Notes under the pieces: model-generated
What the model was told of the DNA's origin: nothing
Database searches by the model: none
Seen by the model: only the letters and a program-made list of their open reading frames with translations
In this document: in pieces, positions 23,436-36,189 of the stretch
Layout: each line of letters starts with the position of its first letter
How positions within the stretch are numbered: position 1 is the stretch's first letter
Origin: Raillietiella orientalis
Lineage: Eukaryota
Direction of reading: 5' to 3'
NCBI GenBank assembly: GCA_036172245.1
Contig: JAYWIR010000001.1
Location: 1,674,001-1,738,000 of the forward strand
Length of the DNA stretch: 64,000 nucleotides
Position numbers and translations under genes: made by a program

Positions 23436-26400
23436 TAAACGAACGCCAGCGACCTCTTCTATTCCAGAACCAGTCAGGATCAACGGGAAGGCATCGGACA
23501 CCCCTTTAAAACTGGACTGTGGTGGGGACTGCTTTGAGGGCGGCTATCTTCTTCACTCCTGGTTCCAAGCCGCACCGAAAGTCGGGGATTGGCCTCTCGG
23601 AGGGGGTCGTGCGCTGGTCAAGTCCGCAACTCGCATCCGAACCGTTCTGACGAAACCCGAGCGAGAGAGGCAGCCGTGGAGATGATTAGACACGTGGTGA
23701 TTGCTTTCGGAGGCAGCGGACCGCATCCTGCGGCTCGCTCCTAGGGAATCCATGACCAAATTCTGCGGCAGTAGATACCGGCACGCAAGGTGGCCAGGTT
23801 CCGGTGGACCAGGCGTGACTATAAATAGGAGCAACCCCGCGATCGGAAAGGGAAAGCGCGCGGATCTTTTTACAGCTCCCTATTTTTCACCCGGAGAAAT
23901 TATCCGCCTTTTTTTTTTTTTTTTTTTTTCCTTTCGATTCTTGAGGATTGCTGAGTGCGAACAAAAGTCGGAATGCAAGGACGGTTCGGAGCCTGTGGCT
24001 GGTAATCAGAGAATAGACTTCTGCTAAGTGAAGACGGATAACTCGATTACACTTGACAAGCTTCGAAGCACGCAGCATTTATTTAGGAGGAAAGCTCACA
24101 AAGCTGCTGCTGCTGCTGCTGCTGCAATTAAGAAGATTGGTCAGTCAGAACCCATTTAAGGAGTCGACGCTGGCAATGAAACAAGCCCAACCGCTGTGAC
24201 GGATTCCCAACACGAGCACCGAACCATCTGCGCCTGAGGAGTGTAAGTGGATCCTCTTCAGCATCTCCTGTGGAATGTGGATCGAATATAATGCACACAG
24301 CCCGTCGCCGTGCCTGCTAATTGCCACGGCAGAGTTCTCCGTTTCGCCTTTTTTCCGCGGGCCGGCCCGGCGAGCGGTCGCGCGCGCAAGGGGGAAACGG
24401 GGCCGGGGCGCGGGCGTCGCTTGCATCCGACCGCGGGGGACGCGTCGCGCGGTTCGAGACGGCGGGCGCTTCCCGCTGAGGTTGCGCGCGCGCTCTTGGC
24501 GGAGCCCGGTCAGCCTCCCTCGAAGAAGCCTGGCTTCTGCGTGCGGAACCGCCAAGGAGCACGCTCGCCGCCCCGGGTCGCCCCCGACGCCTGGACGCAA
24601 ACCGGAGCGCGGAAACTTCGCGCGGACCGCACGCGGGCACGCGCTTCACCCGCAAAAGTTTTTTTTTTTTTCTCTCTCTCTCTCTCTTTTTTTTGCCGTT
24701 TTTTGCTCAACCGCCGGTTTCCTCCTCACCGCCGACGCTCTGGAAACGGTCCACGAGAGGTTAGCAGCATCCGATGGTGGGTGACTAATGTGCCTTCCCT
24801 AACGAGATCACAAACACCCAGCCATAGAAAGCAGCAAATAGAATGCGGTGAACAGAGCCCTAGGATTTCTAGGAAAATGCCTGAGGAATGCGGGAAAAAA
24901 TTTCACCCCCTTGGGAACTTCGCGGGCTGGGAGTGACGCAACCAATGATAAACCACCATGTGTTTATTTAGGGAATGAATGGACGTACTGCAGGAGGAGG
25001 AGGAGGAAGAGGAGTGTCGTAAACAAACGCATTCGAGGGGAAAGACTTCCTAGAAGACAGCTAACGGGGAACGCGCAGGCGTTTTTCGAAAATGGAGGCT
25101 CGCGTGACCTTCGGAAAAGACGCAGCAACTCTGGAGGCGGGTTCCGCTCTCACTGCATGGGCGCCAACTGCTAAGCCTGACGAAAAGTCGAGAGCGCTGG
25201 TCCGGCGTGACGGCGAACGGTGAGGCAGTCGGATGGCGAAAATCTGGGGGGTCCTCCCGGAACCCCCATCTATTCTTGGACTGGGTTTACTTGCTGTTGC
25301 TTGCTTCTCGAGGCCGGTTTTTCTCCGCGCTGACTTTGATGACCATCAAAGGTGCGCTGTGCGAAAGAACGTGGTGGTGGCGGACAGAGCAGCCCGAAAG
25401 ATCTCGGCACGGGACCGAAAGTGCTCTGCGGGTCAAGCGAAGAGCGGGACGGGAAATCAGAACAGAAGCCGATGGCGGCCGGGAGAGGAAATCAGGAGAA
25501 GTTTCCAGGACGAAAAACCATATGCGCTGGTCAGCAGATGGAGCCGCGATGGCGAAGGAGAGGGTGCAGCAGGGAAGAAAAGGAGAAGGACGAGGAGAAT
25601 GTGCATGGAACGTGGGGATACTAACCGCGAACCAGCAGGAACAGTCCAGCACTTTCGGGTGGCACCGAACGCGCTGCAAGAAGCGTCTGCTCGGAGTCCG
25701 TGCCCAGCTGGTTATCCTCGGAACTTCTTGCAGGGGAGAAGGGACGGTCGCACCGGAAAGGAGGCGCACGCCCTCAGCAGGCCGAAGCTCTTCGGTGCCC
25801 TGCAGCCGAGCTGCCACGAGCCGCCAAAGTCCAGGTTCACAGCCGATGGGGAGCGCATCAGCGCAGCAATTTCGAGAAAAATCGATCCACCACGGATCTC
25901 AGGAGAGCAGAACGAGAAGGAGGTCACTCGCAGTCACGTGGTGCAAGATGGAAGAGAAGAAGGGTGTAACCGCTCTTCCGTCATCAAGACGCGAAGAGTT
26001 CAGTCTACGAGGACGAAAAGACTTTGTCGGGTGGTGGGGGGGTCACCCTCCCACCACCGACGTGCGACAGTCAGGGGAGTTGTAGAGAGGGTCAGGCGGC
26101 CTCATGACTGACTGAGGCTGTTGAATGAGGGCATCGAGAGGGCACCAGAGAGGAACGTGACCTCTGCAGAGCGACGGGAGGTGATCATGTCGAGCGCAGG
26201 GTCTCGGCTGCAAAAGGCGGGTCAGGGTGCGAGTGAGCCGTGCAGGACCAAGGAATGCGAGAGAAAGATGAGGGAAAAGCGGTGATGCGAAGGGAGAGAC
26301 GCCGACGTCGTGTCTCTGAAGAAGATAAGGATCCTGCCTTATCTGCCCATATTAGCGATGTCACGCGCCGCGCAGTGATAGAAGGGTGGGAGGGGAGAAG

Positions 26401-29400
26401 AAGATAAGAAGAGGACACTTGCCAAGTCCAGGAATGACGGACGATCGCCCGCGGTACTGCGACGGGATTGGCCATTCCCCCAGAGACGGTCGAAGAACGA
26501 GCGGACGAAGAGATGGACCTCCCTCCACCTCCTGTAATGCGGCAGCCGAGGTTTCCCGTCGTCGGAAGCTGGAAGAACCGTAGCTGTTCCCCTCGTGCTT
26601 GAGAGGCAGATCTTCGCGCCTCGGGCAGGTGCACGGTCCAGAGAACCGGAAGCTGACGAAGGACCCGGAGCCTCTTGTGGGTTCATCCAGCTCCCACCGA
26701 AGAGAACTGCCTCTCCCGGAGGAGATGGGGCACTAGACTCGGAGACTACGCCCCCGCCGCTGTGTCCCCGGCGCATGTCTTGGACATCGGTCTGTCTCGG
26801 TCTGCTCTCCTCTTCTGGGGATGCTGAATACCCGGCAATCGGGAGGAATCTGGCAGTCCAGGTTTCGAGGAGGAGGAAAGCGCACGCTCCCTTCCGTTCT
26901 GAAGGAGACCAGAAGAGGCTCTGCTGCTCCCGGCGGTCCGGATTCGCCTCCTAGAGGAAGGGGGAAAAAGGATGACTGCTTTCTCCTCACCCCCCTAGAG
27001 GAAGCGTCAGAAGGACTCTCATGCCCTCAGCAGCCTCAGTCGCTCTTCCTCTTCTTCCACATGCAGTCGTCGGTGGCTGCCTCAGAGATTTTTCAGTATG
27101 ACCAAGGAAGCGGGAAAGAAGGGCAGGATGTGAGGGGATCCCCCCCCCCCCCAGAAACAAAACAAAACACGAAACAGTAAAAGGAAGAAATGAAAGTTTC
27201 TCGTTTCCTTATAAGGACAGCGGCGAATGAACCACGGAGACTCTCATCTCGGAGGGCGAGGGGCAGATTCTCGTCTCCTCCATTCCCAAAACAAAGGAAC
27301 ATCTGCAGCCACCTCTCCTCCTCGAGGCCCACGCGGCTACACGCAGCAACGAACGGCTTGAGCCTTGCCCAGGCAAGGAGGGAAGCGCCGTTGGCAAAAG
27401 GGAGATCCGAGCGGAAGGAAGCAACAAAGTGCGCCGAGGCACCAGAGGGCGCCCGAGACTTCGGCCTCGCACCGCCGCCGCCACCTAGTCTGCTCATCTT
27501 CAAGGGAAAGAGAACGAGATGCGAGAGAGTGAGGAGCTGAGTTCGGAGGTCGTGGCATGGCGACTCGTTCGCCGACCTCCTCCTCCTATTCTTCCCTTCC
27601 TCTACTCTTTCCTTCCTCCTCCTCTCTCTTTGCACGGCTGACTCATGCAGGGTGACCAACATTTTTCTGGATACTCGAGAAATCCTTTTTGAGAAGTTTC
27701 CAGAGAGCGAGAACATCCGGCCTGAGTCTCTTCTGGTCAGAAGCCGATCCTGCGAAAAGTCCAATATCCCCTTCTGGCACCCAGGATTGGGATTCCGAAC
27801 ACACAGTCATCCGGCAGCAACATCCTTTTCTGGGGCTGCCGCCACTCAGCTAGGTTGCCAGGCTACGGCACGTTGCCAGGCATCACCGCCTCCACGAGGG
27901 GTGCCACCTTGTTCCAATGAATCTTCTCTTCGTGCTCAGAAGGCCATCCTCCAGCCGTACCTCATCTGAAAGGAAGAATGGAGGCTAGGAGAATGGGTCA
28001 TGGGTCGCTTTCACAAGTTCTCGATGACTTCCCTTCGGAAAGACGCATCCGAAAATTTGGATTTGGGAACGCTGCAGTGAGACCTCCGCAGACTCTAGGA
28101 GGCTACTTCACCAGGCTCAAATGACCCCACGAAGCTCCCCTCAGTCTTCTTCGCACGTGACGGAGATGGGAAGGAAAGGGCAGGTCTCCCTTCTCCCAAA
28201 GTGGCAGAAGTGTTTAGCCAACTCTTATTCCTCTTGGTTGCTTCCACAGTTCTGGGCACATGGGATGGTTAGGATCGCAAAAGCAAGCCAACTGTCTGAT
28301 CGAAGCCGGCGACCCTGAAGGCTCGTTGCTCAACCAATAAATAGATAAGTAAGCAGTTCAGCTGGTCCAGACCTTCGTAGAAAGTTCCTTCTGTAGCTTC
28401 CTCTGTATCAAACCTTCTTCTGCAGCATCAGCTGCTACAGAAAGAAGACTAGTGAGCGAAGAGCACGGAGCAGCACGACTTGATGCCGTGCGTGCCGCCG
28501 GCGTCCAGGTGAGAGCAGCAGCCGCCACATTCGAGGGCAATGCAAGGAGGCGCTCGTGGCCACGGACCGTGCTTGGATGCGCATGCACGTTGCAACTGCC
28601 GTTGACAAGACGGACGGATGGGAATCCACTGATTCACCTCTTCCCAGATCGAACTCGAATCTCCGAGATGCAAAGGATCCCTGCGTTTCCGTGCACAGAC
28701 AGTCGGTAGCAACAAATGGGCAGCGACCTGCCTACACGAAAAAGATGCTGTCGGTCACTTTTCTGCGTGGGACTCGGCCTCTAAAGAAGCGGCGAGCGCG
28801 CTCAGATGCTCTCCTGCCCTCGAGATTCCAGGCATCCGCAGCTGCCTCGTCTGCATCCGATCCCGGGAACAGAAAAATTCCGAAAAAATCGTTTTCCTGA
28901 TTGAGCATGCCGCCTGCGATAGTGAGAGGGGATGAAAGATACTCAAACTGCTCCACCGCAGTGTTCCCACTACGGCGGAGGGGGGATGACTCTACAGCAA
29001 AAGAAGGAAGGGCTTCCCTTTCAGAGTCTCCTTCCTCCCACGCATTCGACAAGAGATTTTCTTGATTCGCCGCCACTTTTCCGTATTGCCGTGAACGCTT
29101 GTCCCAAAGATAACATCCATCCCATCGGAACGGACCCATTCAGCTCGTCATCAGACAGCACAAGTGCTGATCCAAGAACCTGTGTTGTTCTCCAGACACG
29201 GCAAGGAAAATATTTTTGCAGCACATGGAGTTTGACTTCTCCCGTTTCCAGAAGCAACCCATCCTTGTCTCGTTCTTGGTAGGTAAAAATCTTTCACGGA
29301 ATCTTGTGAACTTGCCGATACATCTTAACTCACTTCCACGTTCCTTCTTCTGGAAGATTCCTTCTTCAGGAACATTCCACTGAGAGAGGGTGAGTGATGT

Positions 29401-31977
29401 AGCAACCCTCTCGCAGTGATGGCCACCCAGCGAGGTCGGCATGAGACCAAGGCGAGGCTAATGGGAGGCTGAGCAGGTGGAGCTGGGCGGTTCCTCCCGG
29501 TTGGCCATCTTTTGACGAACCTCTTCCCCGTGCTCAGTCGCCCTCTCCTGAGGTAGGGCAAAAGGACTCGATTCTTCGCCGCTTCCTCCCCTTCCCGGAA
29601 TCTCTGCCACTCGCTGCCGCAAGAAGGCTTGCCGGAGGCACACCCGCCATCGCTACCCGGGTCGAGACGGCAGAGCAGCTACCGGTGGCACTTCATTCCA
29701 CTCTTGGGAACCCTTCCCCCCTCGCAAGTGGAGTCACTCGGCTTCCTCCCGCTTCCGGTGCGCACGCGCACGTGTCGAGCACGTGCGTGCGCACACGCAT
29801 GTTGTTGCACCCTCCGCACGTGCGCATGCGCGCTCTGGTGCGCTCAGCGATCTGCCCTTTCCACCCTCCATCCTGCATCCCTCGCTCTGCTCCTGGGCTC
29901 CCCTGGCGGAGAGTCAGAGCGGCTCGGTGATTCCCGGATCTCTTGAGCTCCAGGTGGCGCATCCAGCGAGAGCACCGTGGTTCCAGTAAACGAGGCAGGA
30001 GAACGAGACGAGGAAGGCAAGGGCAAGGGCAGGGAGGGACTTTTCTTGGGAAGTCGGCTCCTGCAATCTGGGCCGCGGGCTTGGCGCCGCGTGAGAAAGA
30101 AAGGCCTCTGGGTAGCGACGGCGCACCAGTCGAGCATGCCCCAGCAACCCTCCCGCATCCTCGGGGGTAGCGTCCACCCAGGAAGAAGAGGATTCCCGAT
30201 GATGCTTCAGCAGGCCAACGCTTGCAGCAGCAGAGTTCACAGCCTCCTTTCTCTCCCTCCCACTCCTCCCTCGAGTCTCCTTCCGGCGCAAAACGAGAAG
30301 GACGAAAGGTGAAGGCGCATGCGCGCTGCCGGAATCCGAGAAGCTCGCGCGTCTGGCGGTGGCGGGCGTGCGGCAAGAGAACTTTCGGCGCATCCCCCGT
30401 CGCTCGCATCGCCGCCACTCTGCGAGGAATTCCGTCGGCGTCAACGGGCCTCCTCCGCCCTTCGCGAGAGAGAGAGGGAGAGGGAGGAAAGGAGGGAGCG
30501 AAGACCGCAGCCAACTTTCTCTCGAAGACGAGCCATCGAGGCGAAGTTCGTCGAATGGGGATCGCCGACACGACTTCGACCTCCACACCTCCTCCTCTTC
30601 TTGTACCAGTATCCTTCCTCTTCCTCCTCCTCCTCCTCCTCGTACCTCGTATGTCTCCTCCTCTTCCTCTTTCCCCACTCTATCACCTCAAGTTCATCCG
30701 CGCAAATGCTGCCGACGAGAGCCCTATGTTGGCACGGCAACCTGAAAGCGAAGGAGGAGGAGGAGGAGGCACGCACCCATACGCAGATAGGCGCGCGCGC
30801 AGGCGTCGACACTTTCTTCCCCCGGTTCCCCTCCCTCCCGTTTTTTCAATGTCACCTGGCGCCATAAGTCACCGGTCAAAGAAGAGTTCCGTGATCGCGC
30901 CTCGTTCATGGAGAGATGCGTGCGTGCGCGCGCGCTCGCGATCCTTTCGGCTGCGCCTTCGCGAGTCTGCAGCTGCGGCTGGCAGGCAGGCAGGCAGGGA
31001 CGGCCTTGCGAACTGGAACACCCTTGCCGGCATCCCCGCGCGGCGGCGTCAGTCTCGAAAAGAAACGCCGCTTTCCTTTTGCCCTTCTTCCTTTTTTCGA
31101 GCGGTTCGCCTCCGCCGTCACCTTGGGGCGACCCGCCCCCTCGCGCAGTCGGAACCTCGACCGAAAGAAAGAGAGGAAGGAAACAAAAAGCCAGAAGAAG
31201 AAGAAATGAAAGGATGTGCAGGAGTGGCGCGCAGAGTCTGGCAGGCCCGAGAATCCAGGAACTGGAATGGACGGGGTCAGGTCGGATGTCGGAACGCGCG
31301 GAGCGGAAACAGCCTTCGGGGCGGAGAGGGAAAGAGAGTCGCTAGGAGGGCTGCTGGCCGACCGTGAGCTGCTGGGTGCTGCGTCACCGCCGTCACAGCG
31401 ACAGCAGGGGGAGAAGGCAGCGGCCGGACGCTGTCGCCCACTGACCGAAAGAGTCGGGCGGCCATGCGGGCCGCAGCCGGTCGAGGCGGGGTGCAAGCCC
31501 AGGAGGCAGAGGAGGCGCATGCGTAGGCCGACCGAAGAAGACGGGGGCCTGGACGCCAGCCGAAAGAGCCACACTACTCTCCGGAGGTGAAGCCCTACCG
31601 CCGCCGCACGAGAGGGCAGGCAAGCGGGTCGGGCGAAGTGCGCGCTCGCACCAGAGGCTAACGGTAACGCGACAAGAGTCTTGCAAAAGCCGTTGAATAA
31701 ATCAGCTCGAAGGACGCGGCGAGGAAGCGGCTGACAGCGGAATGGCCGTCGCCGCGCGGAGAGCACAACAAGAATGCGGATTGCTGGCCAAACGGAAAGT
31801 AGAAAGTCTTTGCCCCGGGGCATGGAGCGGCGGGGATTGCTGGCTTCCTGACGCGCGCGGAGCACGCGCAAGTGAAGGCAAGCAAGAAGAAAAACACGCG
31901 CGCAGCACGGGTGGAAAAGAATGCGCGCCTTCGCACTTTTTGCGGGCTCTCTAGATCTTCCTGTCTCTCCTCTGTCA

Positions 31978-32150
31978 CCCTTCCTCCTCCTCTATTCTTC
32001 CTCCTCCTCCTTTCTTCCACCACCTCTTGCTCCTTTTCCCTCGTTTTCTTCCCTTCTTCCTCCTCTTCCTTCTTTGCTCCTCCAACTTCCTTTCCCTTTC
32101 TTCTCTTCCCTTCCTCCTCCTCCTTTTCTTTTCTTGTTCCTCCTCCCCTG
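31978..32150. repeat. Polypyrimidine (CCT/CTT) tract; similar tracts at 18105-18235, 19280-19400, 34605-34790 and 42770-42856
   Basis: Directly visible low complexity. Confidence 0.85.
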
Positions 32151-34120
32151 CGATCACACTCAGTTCTGGTGCTGCTTGCGGAAGCAGATGCGTGCTCCCG
32201 GAGTAGTTAGCACGTTCCCCGCGGGACATTCTGGCTGCTGAAGGCTTCCACCCGGACTGCTGATTCCCGAGGTGCCACCGTCTTCGCACGAAGAGGAGCT
32301 TTCCCGAAAGAGGAAGGCAGATGGTTTCCCTCAGGCTCACAACAACAAAGGGGAGACGTGATGCCACGGGGGCGCTCCTCCTACCATGGAATGCCTTCCC
32401 CAGGCCGAGGGAAGGTGGCGCCGTTGCCACCTGGAATCCTTCGGATCCGCCCTCCGTTCCGCGCCGCCTTCCAATCCCTCGGGCTGGGTTTCCTGGGAGA
32501 AATCCCCCTTGTTCCCCAGCCTGGGGTTTCTTCTCCACTGAGAGGTGGAGGAGTGGCGCCGGGGAAGGAGGAAGAACGCTCGGAGACCCTCATAACAGGC
32601 ACGTCCGGCAAGGGCGCCACAGGCCCGCCGCTAGCTCTGCTCCTCCTCGACTTTCGCTCGCTCCAGGATGGTGGGCGGTGGAAAGGCCGGCGCGCTTCTG
32701 GATGCACCGGTTTCCTCCTCCCCCCTACAGCATCCCTCGGAAGGACCACGATGAGGTCAAAGTGGGGTCAACCTTCCAGAAAGCGCGGAAGACGATCGAT
32801 CCTTTCAGCCCCCACTGGGCGGACGTGCACCTCGTGCCGTGCAGCAGCAGCTGTCCCGTGACACCGGATTTTTGCTTTCGTTGCCGGACACCCCAGGCAG
32901 CAGTAGAGCGACCTACTTAGCAGCGCCAGCAAGACGCAGTGCTCGCCATCGCTGAAGAGGCTGCTTGTCCTTCCGCCGGAGGTCCAAACCCGGTGCATCG
33001 GGTCGTCAGAAGAGACCGTCGCCGCTGGCTCGACGCGGGGGTCGCAGGATGGCTGCTGGACCGGAGAAGCTCCCGCAGCAAGGGCCGAGAGCACATGTGA
33101 GGCGAGTCCCTGTGGGGAGAGTGCAGACTTCCAGTGCCCCCCACTCTACCTGTCCTCCATTCCCTCCAAGAGAAAAGTTTGCTTCCCCAGAAAGTGGAAA
33201 AACTAAGAACGACTGCCGTAGAGGCAAAGCTGATGCGGAAGGGAGCAATGTCGACCTCGTTTTCTGGGAAACGCCCTGTCTTCCGCGCCGGATCCAGCAC
33301 AGGGATTCCTGCCCCCGAATGACTCTTCACAGGCTTTTGTGTCGCTGTCCGCCGATTTTCTGCGATCACTTTGTTCTTTTTTCGGCTGACCCTTGATGCC
33401 GTGGATCATCTTCCCTACGGCTCTTCCAACTCGCCTTCTCCCTTTTCCTTCGCCCCACTTTACGACCAGCACCCTCGCCAAGACGGTCCTTCCACCCCGC
33501 TGCCTTCGCATCCGTTCCTCTGCGAAATAAGTCAGCAGGTCCGTTAGCGTGTTCATGGAAACTGAGGACTCCCTGGAAGCTGCCACCAGCGTCTCTCGCG
33601 CCTGTAGCCACCCACGGGACTCCCCGTAGTCCCATGAGCTGGACGCAGGGAGAAGAGGGCACCTGCCTTTCTCTTTCGGGATCCACGTGATCAGTCGGGT
33701 GTGGCTGGGGCCATTCCGTTACTCCTCGCTTCCGCTGGGCACTCGGCTGGGCACGTGCGCGACTCCGACCTCGGCAAGGACCCAGCTCTGCCTCATGAAG
33801 GCGCCTCCTCTCCGTCGGATGAATGGGCAGGCGCACGAGGAACGACACCAGAAAGGGAATCTTGCGAAAGAGGGGTGGAGAGGATCTTCCACGGAAGAAG
33901 GCAGCGATCCATGGCTGCTCTGCGAGTCTCGGTTTGCCCTTCAAAGCCTTTCCTTCTCTTCTTTTGACCCAAAGGTGACAGCCGTTCCTGAAGACAAAGG
34001 CTTCCTGCGGGATGAAGAAAGAGAAAAGAGAAGCGTGCTGATGTCATCTTCTTGAGTGGGTTGGGCTGAGGTCGAGGATGACTCGAGGCAGCAGCAGGAA
34101 TGATCGAGAAGCGGATGAGA

Positions 34121-34245
34121 TCGCACAACGAGGACGGTTGCAATGAAGCCAGTGGCTCTCGGAAGATGGATGGGGTTCCGGCTAGGAGTAGGGGACAAAA
34201 TGGGTGATGCTGAGGTATCGATGGGGGTGCTCTTGAATGAGGGCG
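34121..34245 (+). repeat. ~125 bp direct repeat, copy 1
   Basis: Near identical to 36061-36189. Confidence 0.95.
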
Positions 34246-34924
34246 TGGAGAGAGCATCCTGCTTTCGGACCTTCAGTCTAGAATCTCGTGAGGAGCATCA
34301 CAGGAGGACTCCAGAATCCACGTCTTCTGCATCACAACGGAGCGACCGAATCCGAGGAAGAAGAAACTCGCCTTCTTCTTCAGCACGAGGAGGACCGGTA
34401 GCAGACCGACAGACATCTGCAGGACCGAGCTCGCGGCAGGTCCAGCTCTCGACCGTATGGAACGAGTGATGCCTCACCGAGGGAGGACCACGGGGAAGCG
34501 CTTAAAACTGCCGGATGCTCCAAAAGTCCGCCAAATCCGGGAGCGCCACGCGGATAGGGATCTCCGGAATTCGGCACTGGGAGCCTCTGGTTCTCGAGAA
34601 GGAATGGGCTGGAGAAGGAGGAGGTGGAAAACGGGAGGCACGGAGGATGAGGACGAGGAGGAGGAGGAAGAGACGAAGGGAGGGTAGGAAGGAGGAAGAA
34701 GAGGAAGAGTAAAAGAGGAGAGAGAGGAAGAAAAGGAAGGGAAGAGAAGGAGAAGCTGGAAGAGGAAGGAAGGAAGGGAGGGGAGGAGGCTGTCTTGTAG
34801 AAGTTTCACGGCATGTAGTTGGTGCTTCCTGAGTGGATGGGATCAGTCAGCCGCCTTTTGTCGTGGTCCATTTCCCCTCCCTTTCCCAATCTGATCTCGC
34901 TGAGAGGAGCTCCTCCCTGCCTCC

Positions 34925-35715
34925 AAGTCGAACTCTGTTCCACCTACATGAGCCGGAATGGGTATCTGGAGGAGATGGAGGGTGCAGCCGCCAGCCGAAA
35001 GGTCCCTACGGCTCCCGGAAGGTTCTTCGTCCTCCTTCCCACTGGAGGAGGGAGGGGGAAGTTCCTCAAACTCCCCGCAGCCATCAGCCACTGAGCAGGC
35101 GGAATCTTCTCCTCCTCCGCGAGCATCCACGGCGCCCGCACGAAGACAGAGGTGGGGAGGGAAGGGACGACGGGACACTGCACCCGAAGCGTCTCTTCGT
35201 GTCGCCGCTGGACGGCGCTCAACTGCCCTTCCCTCCCGTTCGCAGCCGCCCAAGCAAAGGTGGAGGACTTGTTTCGCCTTCTCCTGTGGCTGGTAGGAAG
35301 GGAAAAAAATTCGTGCTGTTCCTTCTGCGCCCCCCCTGCATCTGCTAATTCAGCTGCTTCGTGCATCCCGGGTTCCCTGTCCGTTAGTACTCGGCGAGCG
35401 ACTGGGACGTTACGCCACCTGGCGGCCGCAGCTCTTCGTGCTTTCGCATTTCGGCGTGTCTTCTGGGCTGGCCTGCCCTACTTCGTTCTCATTCTCCTCA
35501 AGGCCTCCACCCAGTCCGTGTTCAGGCACGCTTTCCAGCTTACTCTTCTGGAGGAGAAGTGGAAAAGGGGAAGTGCCCTGTTTCCTCCATCACTGCGAAT
35601 CGGGAACTTCAGCGTCGTGGGTTCCTACTCGAGAGGATGGGATGATCGTCTCAATTCTACTTACCCCTACCCCCTGCTCCTATGTTCTGTCTGTCGATTG
35701 GGAACCCAGCATCCA
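34925..35715 (+). pseudogene. Decayed Ser/Thr protein kinase domain
   Basis: Motif remnants in the expected order: ELCSTYMSRNGYLEEME (V/VIa), RRDTAPE (HRDxxPE, ~35168), AKVEDLF (VII), TGTLRHLA (VIII, ~35401), VFWAG (IX), FPPSL, RLGTQHP (XI). Frameshifted. Confidence 0.45.
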
Positions 35716-36060
35716 TCTGATGAGTTCCTCGACGCTCGAGGACGCATCACTTCGGCGTCCTCGAATCAAAAATCGTAGTGGCCTGCAAGGGCAGAAGAAC
35801 CTGCTCGAGAGTTGGCAACCCTGAATTCCAGTAGGCTCCCATTCACCGGCATTCTCTTCCCAGAAGAACCCTGGCTTGTTCCCGCGCTTATTCTTTCTCG
35901 TGAAACTCCCTCAAAGACCCCTTCCCAGCCCTGCTTTTGAGACCACGCAAATCCCATTTGTTCTAGGGTCATGCTGAGAGGAATTTTCCGCCAGTTATCG
36001 GGGTCGGCGTTAAGCAACGCTATTCCTCCTCCTCCTCTTTCCTTCTTCTTCCTCTTCCCT

Positions 36061-36189
36061 TCGCACAACGAGGACGGTTGCAATGAGGCCAGTGGCTCTC
36101 GGGAGATGGATGGGGTTCCGGCTAGGAGTAGGGGACAAAATGGGTCGGTGATGCTGAGGTATCGATGGGGGTGCTCGTGAATGAGGGCG
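36061..36189 (+). repeat. ~129 bp direct repeat, copy 2, embedded in a CT-rich tract
   Basis: Near identical to 34121-34245, with a 4-nt indel. Confidence 0.95.

Noticed and set aside
29693-31871. Long ORFs (297-381 aa) as genes; likewise 22540-23685 and 25207-26111
   Set aside because: Overlapping on both strands, Arg/Pro/Ser-rich, running through simple repeats or SINE copies, with no recognisable domain.
33284-33320. RRIQHRD as a kinase catalytic loop
   Set aside because: Isolated motif without convincing neighbouring subdomains.
31978-34790. CT tract and GA tract as an inverted repeat pair (also 18105/19280)
   Set aside because: Complementarity is only compositional low complexity.
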